Part shown: positions 59,701 through 64,000 of the stretch, piece by piece
How positions within the stretch are numbered: position 1 is the stretch's first letter
How the letters are laid out: every line of letters begins with the position of its first letter
Assembly: GCA_032718475.1 (NCBI GenBank)
Contig: JAUCBJ010002546.1
Location: forward strand, 1-64,000
Source: Nemertoderma westbladi
Lineage: Eukaryota > Animalia > Xenacoelomorpha
DNA: 64,000 nt
Reading direction: 5' to 3'
The notes under the pieces: generated by a model
Database searches by the model: none
What the model was told of the DNA's origin: nothing
What the model saw: only the letters and a program-made list of their open reading frames with translations
Position numbers and translations under genes: made by a program

Positions 59701-62700
59701 GAGTAGATGTTAGCGGGAGCGGTCTGTGGGGCAGAAAGAGTAGATATTAGTGGGTAGAAAGAGTAGATATTAGTGGGTAGAAAGAGTAGATATTAGTGGG
59801 TAGAAAGAGTAGATGTTAGTGGGAGCGGTCTGTGGGGCAGAAAGAGTAGATATTAGTGGGTAGAAAGAGTAGATGTTAGCGGGAGCGGTCTGTGGGGCAG
59901 AAAGAGTAGATATTAGTGGGTAGAAAGAGTAGATGTTAGTGGGAGCGGTCTGTGGGGCAGAAAGAGTAGATATTAGTGGGTAGAAAGAGTAGATGTTAGC
60001 GGGAGCGGTCTGTGGGGCAGAAAGAGTAGATATTAGTGGGAGCGGTCTGTGGGGCAGAAAGAGTAGATATTAGTGGGAGCGGTCTGTGGGGTAGAAAGAG
60101 TAGATATTAGTGGGAGCGGTCTGTGGGTAGAAAGAGTAGATGTTAGTGGGAGCGGTCTGTGGGTAGAAAGAGTAGATGTTAGTGGGCAGAAAGAGTAGAT
60201 ATTAGTGGGAGCGGTCTGTGGGTAGAAAGAGTAGATATTAGTGGGAGCGGTCTGTGGGGCAGAAAGAGTAGATATTAGTGGGAGCGGTCTGTGGGTAGAA
60301 AGAGTAGATGTTAGTGGGCAGAAAGAGTAGATATTAGTGGGAGCGGTCTGTGGGTAGAAAGAGTAGATATTAGTGGGAGCGGTCTGTGGGGTAGAAAGAG
60401 TAGATGTTAGTGGGAGCGGTCTGTGGGGTAGAAAGAGAAGATGTTAGTGGGAGCGGTCTGTGGGGCAGAAAGAGTAGATATTAGCGGGAGCGGTCTGTGG
60501 GTAGAAAGAGTAGATGTTAGTGGGAGCGGTCTGTGGGGCAGAAAGAGTAGATATTAGTGGGAGCGGTCTGTGGGGCAGAAAGAGTAGATATTAGTGGGTA
60601 GAAAGAGTAGATGTTAGTGGGAGCGGTCTGTGGGGCAGAAAGAGTAGATATTAGTGGGAGCGGTCTGTGGGGCAGAAAGAGTAGATATCAGTGGGAGCGG
60701 TCTGTGGGGCAGAAAGAGTAGATATTAGTGGGAGCGGTCTGTGGGTAGAAAGAGTAGATGTTAGTGGGAGCGGTCTGTGGGTAGAAAGAGTAGATGTTAG
60801 TGGGCAGAAAGAGTAGATATTAGTGGGAGCGGTCTGTGGGTAGAAAGAGTAGATATTAGTGGGAGCGGTCTGTGGGGCAGAAAGAGTAGATATTAGTGGG
60901 AGCGGTCTGTGGGTAGAAAGAGTAGATATTAGTGGGAGCGGTCTGTGGGGCAGAAAGAGTAGATATTAGTGGGAGCGGTCTGTGGGTAGAAAGAGTAGAT
61001 GTTAGTGGGAGCGGTCTGTGGGTAGAAAGAGTAGATGTTAGTGGGAGCGGTCTGTGGGGCAGAAAGAGTAGATGTTAGTGGGAGCGGTCTGTGGGTAGAA
61101 AGAGTAGATATTAGTGGGTAGAAAGAGTAGATGTTAGCGGGAGCGGTCTGTGGGGCAGAAAGAGGAGATGTTAGTGGGAGCGGTCTGTGGGTAGAAAGAG
61201 TAGATGTTAGCGGGAGCGGTCTGTGGGGCAGAAAGAGTAGATATTAGTGGGAGCGGTCTGTGGGGCAGAAAGAGTAGATATTAGTGGGAGCGGTCTGTGG
61301 GGCAGAAAGAGTAGATGTTAGTGGGAGCGGTCTGTGGGGCAGAAAGAGTAGATATTAGTGGGAGCGGTCTGTGGGGCAGAAAGAGTAGATGTTAGCGGGA
61401 GCGGTCTGTGGGTAGAAAGAGTAGATGTTAGTGGGAGCGGTCTGTGGGGCAGAAAGAGTAGATATTAGTGGGAGCGGTCTGTGGGGCAGAAAGAGTAGAT
61501 ATTAGTGGGAGCGGTCTGTGGGGCAGAAAGAGTAGATATTAGTGGGAGCGGTCTGTGGGTAGAAAGAGTAGATATTAGTGGGAGCGGTCTGTGGGGTAGA
61601 AAGAGTAGATATTAGTGGGAGCGGTCTGTGGGGTAGAAAGAGTAGATATTAGTGGGAGCGGTCTGTGGGGCAGAAAGAGTAGATATTAGTGGGAGCGGTC
61701 TGTGGGTAGAAAGAGTAGATGTTAGCGGGAGCGGTCTGTGGGGCAGAAAGAGTAGATATTAGTGGGTAGAAAGAGTAGATGTTAGTGGGAGCGGTCTGTG
61801 GGTAGAAAGAGTAGATATTAGTGGGTAGAAAGAGTAGATGTTAGCGGGAGCGGTCTGTGGGTAGAACGAGTAGATGTTAGCGGGAGCGGTCTGTGGGTAG
61901 AAAGAGTAGATATTAGTGGGAGCGGTCTGTGGGGCAGAAAGAGTAGATATTAGTGGGAGCGGTCTGTGGGGTAGAAAGAGTAGATATTAGCGGGAGCGGT
62001 CTGTGGGTAGAAAGAGTAGATATTAGTGGGTAGAAAGAGTAGATGTTAGTGGGTAGAAAGAGTAGATGTTAGTGGGAGCGGTCTGTGGGTAGAAAGAGTA
62101 GATGTTAGCGGGAGCGGTCTGTGGGCAGAAAGAGTAGATATTAGTGGGAGCGGTCTGTGGGGCAGAAAGAGTAGATATTAGTGGGAGCGGTCTGTGGGGC
62201 AGAAAGAGTAGATATTAGTGGGAGCGGTCTGTGGGGTAGAAAGAGTAGATATTAGTGGGAGCGGTCTGTGGGGCAGAAAGAGTAGATATTAGTGGGTAGA
62301 AAGATTAGATGTTAGTGGGAGCGGTCTGTGGGTAGAAAGAGTAGATGTTAGCGGGAGCGGTCTGTGGGTAGAAAGAGTAGATATTAGCGGGAGCGGTCTG
62401 TGGGTAGAAAGAGTAGATATTAGTGGGTAGAAAGAGTAGATGTTAGTGGGAGCGGTCTGTGGGTAGAAAGAGTAGATATTAGTGGGAGCGGTCTGTGGGG
62501 CAGAAAGAGTAGATATTAGTGGGAGCGGTCTGTGGGGCAGAAAGAGTAGATATTAGTGGGAGCGGTCTGTGGGTAGAAAGAGTAGATGTTAGTGGGAGCG
62601 GTCTGTGGGGCAGAAAGAGTAGATATTAGTGGGAGCGGTCTGTGGGGTAGAAAGAGTAGATATTAGTGGGAGCGGTCTGTGGGGCAGAAAGAGTAGATAT

Positions 62701-64000
62701 TAGTGGGTAGAAAGAGTAGATGTTAGTGGGAGCGGTCTGTGGGCAGAAAGAGTAGATATTAGTGGGAGCGGTCTGTGGGGCAGAAAGAGTAGATATTAGT
62801 GGGAGCGGTCTGTGGGGCAGAAAGAGTAGATATTAGTGGGAGCGGTCTGTGGGTAGAAAGAGTAGATATTAGTGGGAGCGGTCTGTGGGGCAGAAAGAGT
62901 AGATAGTTAGTGGGAGCGGTCTGTGGGGCAGAAAGAGTAGATATTAGTGGGAGCGGTCTGTGGGGTAGAAAGAGTAGATGTTAGTGGGAGCGGTCTGTGG
63001 GTAGAAAGAGTAGATATTAGTGGGAGCGGTCTGTGGGTAGAAAGAGTAGATATTAGTGGGAGCGGTCTGTGGGTAGAAAGAGTAGATATTAGTGGGAGCG
63101 GTCTGTGGGGCAGAAAGAGTAGATATTAGTGGGTAGAAAGAGTAGATGTTAGTGGGAGCGGTCTGTGGGGCAGAAAGAGTAGATATTAGTGGGAGCGGTC
63201 TGTGGGTAGAAAGAGTAGATGTTAGCGGGAGCGGTCTGTGGGGTAGAAAGAGTAGATATTAGTGGGTAGAAAGAGTAGATATTAGTGGGTAGAAAGAGTA
63301 GATATTAGTGGGTAGAAAGAGTAGATGTTAGTGGGAGCGGTCTGTGGGTAGAAAGAGTAGATATTAGTGGGTAGAAAGAGTAGATATTAGTGGGTAGAAA
63401 GAGTAGATATTAGTGGGTAGAAAGAGTAGATGTTAGTGGGAGCGGTCTGTGGGTAGAAAGAGTAGATATTAGTGGGTAGAAAGAGTAGATATTAGTGGGT
63501 AGAAAGAGTAGATGTTAGTGGGAGCGGTCTGTGGGTAGAAAGAGTAGATATTAGTGGGTAGAAAGAGTAGATATTAGTGGGTAGAAAGAGTAGATATTAG
63601 TGGGTAGAAAGAGTAGATATTAGTGGGTAGAAAGAGTAGATATTAGTGGGTAGAAAGAGTAGATGTTAGTGGGAGCGGTCTGTGGGTAGAAAGAGTAGAT
63701 ATTAGTGGGAGCGGTCTGTGGGTAGAAAGAGTAGATATTAGTGGGTAGAAAGAGTAGATGTTAGTGGGAGCGGTCTGTGGGTAGAAAGAGTAGATGTTAG
63801 CGGGAGCGGTCTGTGGGTAGAAAGAGTAGATATTAGAGGGTAGAAAGAGTAGATATTAGTGGGTAGAAAGAGTAGATGTTAGTGGGAGCGGTCTGTGGGG
63901 TAGAAAGAGTAGATGTTAGTGGGAGCGGTCTGTGGGTAGAAAGAGTAGATATTAGTGGGTAGAAAGAGTAGATGTGGGCAGAAAGAGTAGATATTAGTGG
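35747..64000. repeat. G-rich complex satellite of interleaved 23/36/37-bp units, >28 kb, open at window end
   Basis: Core AGAAAGAGTAGAT(A/G)TTAG(T/C)GGG followed by T (23 bp), AGCGGTCTGTGGGT (36 bp) or AGCGGTCTGTGGGGY (37 bp). Confidence 0.98.

Noticed and set aside
35747-64000. CRISPR array or coding repeat (ORFs 45032-45214, 62947-63129)
   Set aside because: No unique spacers; ORFs are chance runs of 36-bp units broken by 23/37-bp units.

Overview
Eukaryotic (probably invertebrate animal), AT-rich, repeat-dense window with no recognisable conserved housekeeping gene. The left 35.7 kb is a patchwork of mobile DNA: a decayed Gypsy pol carrying a tRNA-derived SINE, a minus-strand Gypsy gag-protease remnant, three RTE-type LINE fragments, a BEL/Pao remnant and several TIR/MITE elements. 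It also holds a 5.2-kb 43-bp satellite and a young full-length Gypsy-like LTR retrotransposon (27603-33754) with non-canonical CG...CG termini, a 3-bp target duplication and a tRNA-like Pol III cassette in its 3' UTR. Two diverged copies of an unknown ~310-aa ORF (6957-7883 and 34734-35693) both end in a CaaX box and share an in-frame TGA 11 codons after an upstream ATG. About 50 bp after the second copy, a >28-kb G-rich satellite of interleaved 23/36/37-bp units begins and runs to the window end. All family assignments come from motifs read by eye; no searches were run.
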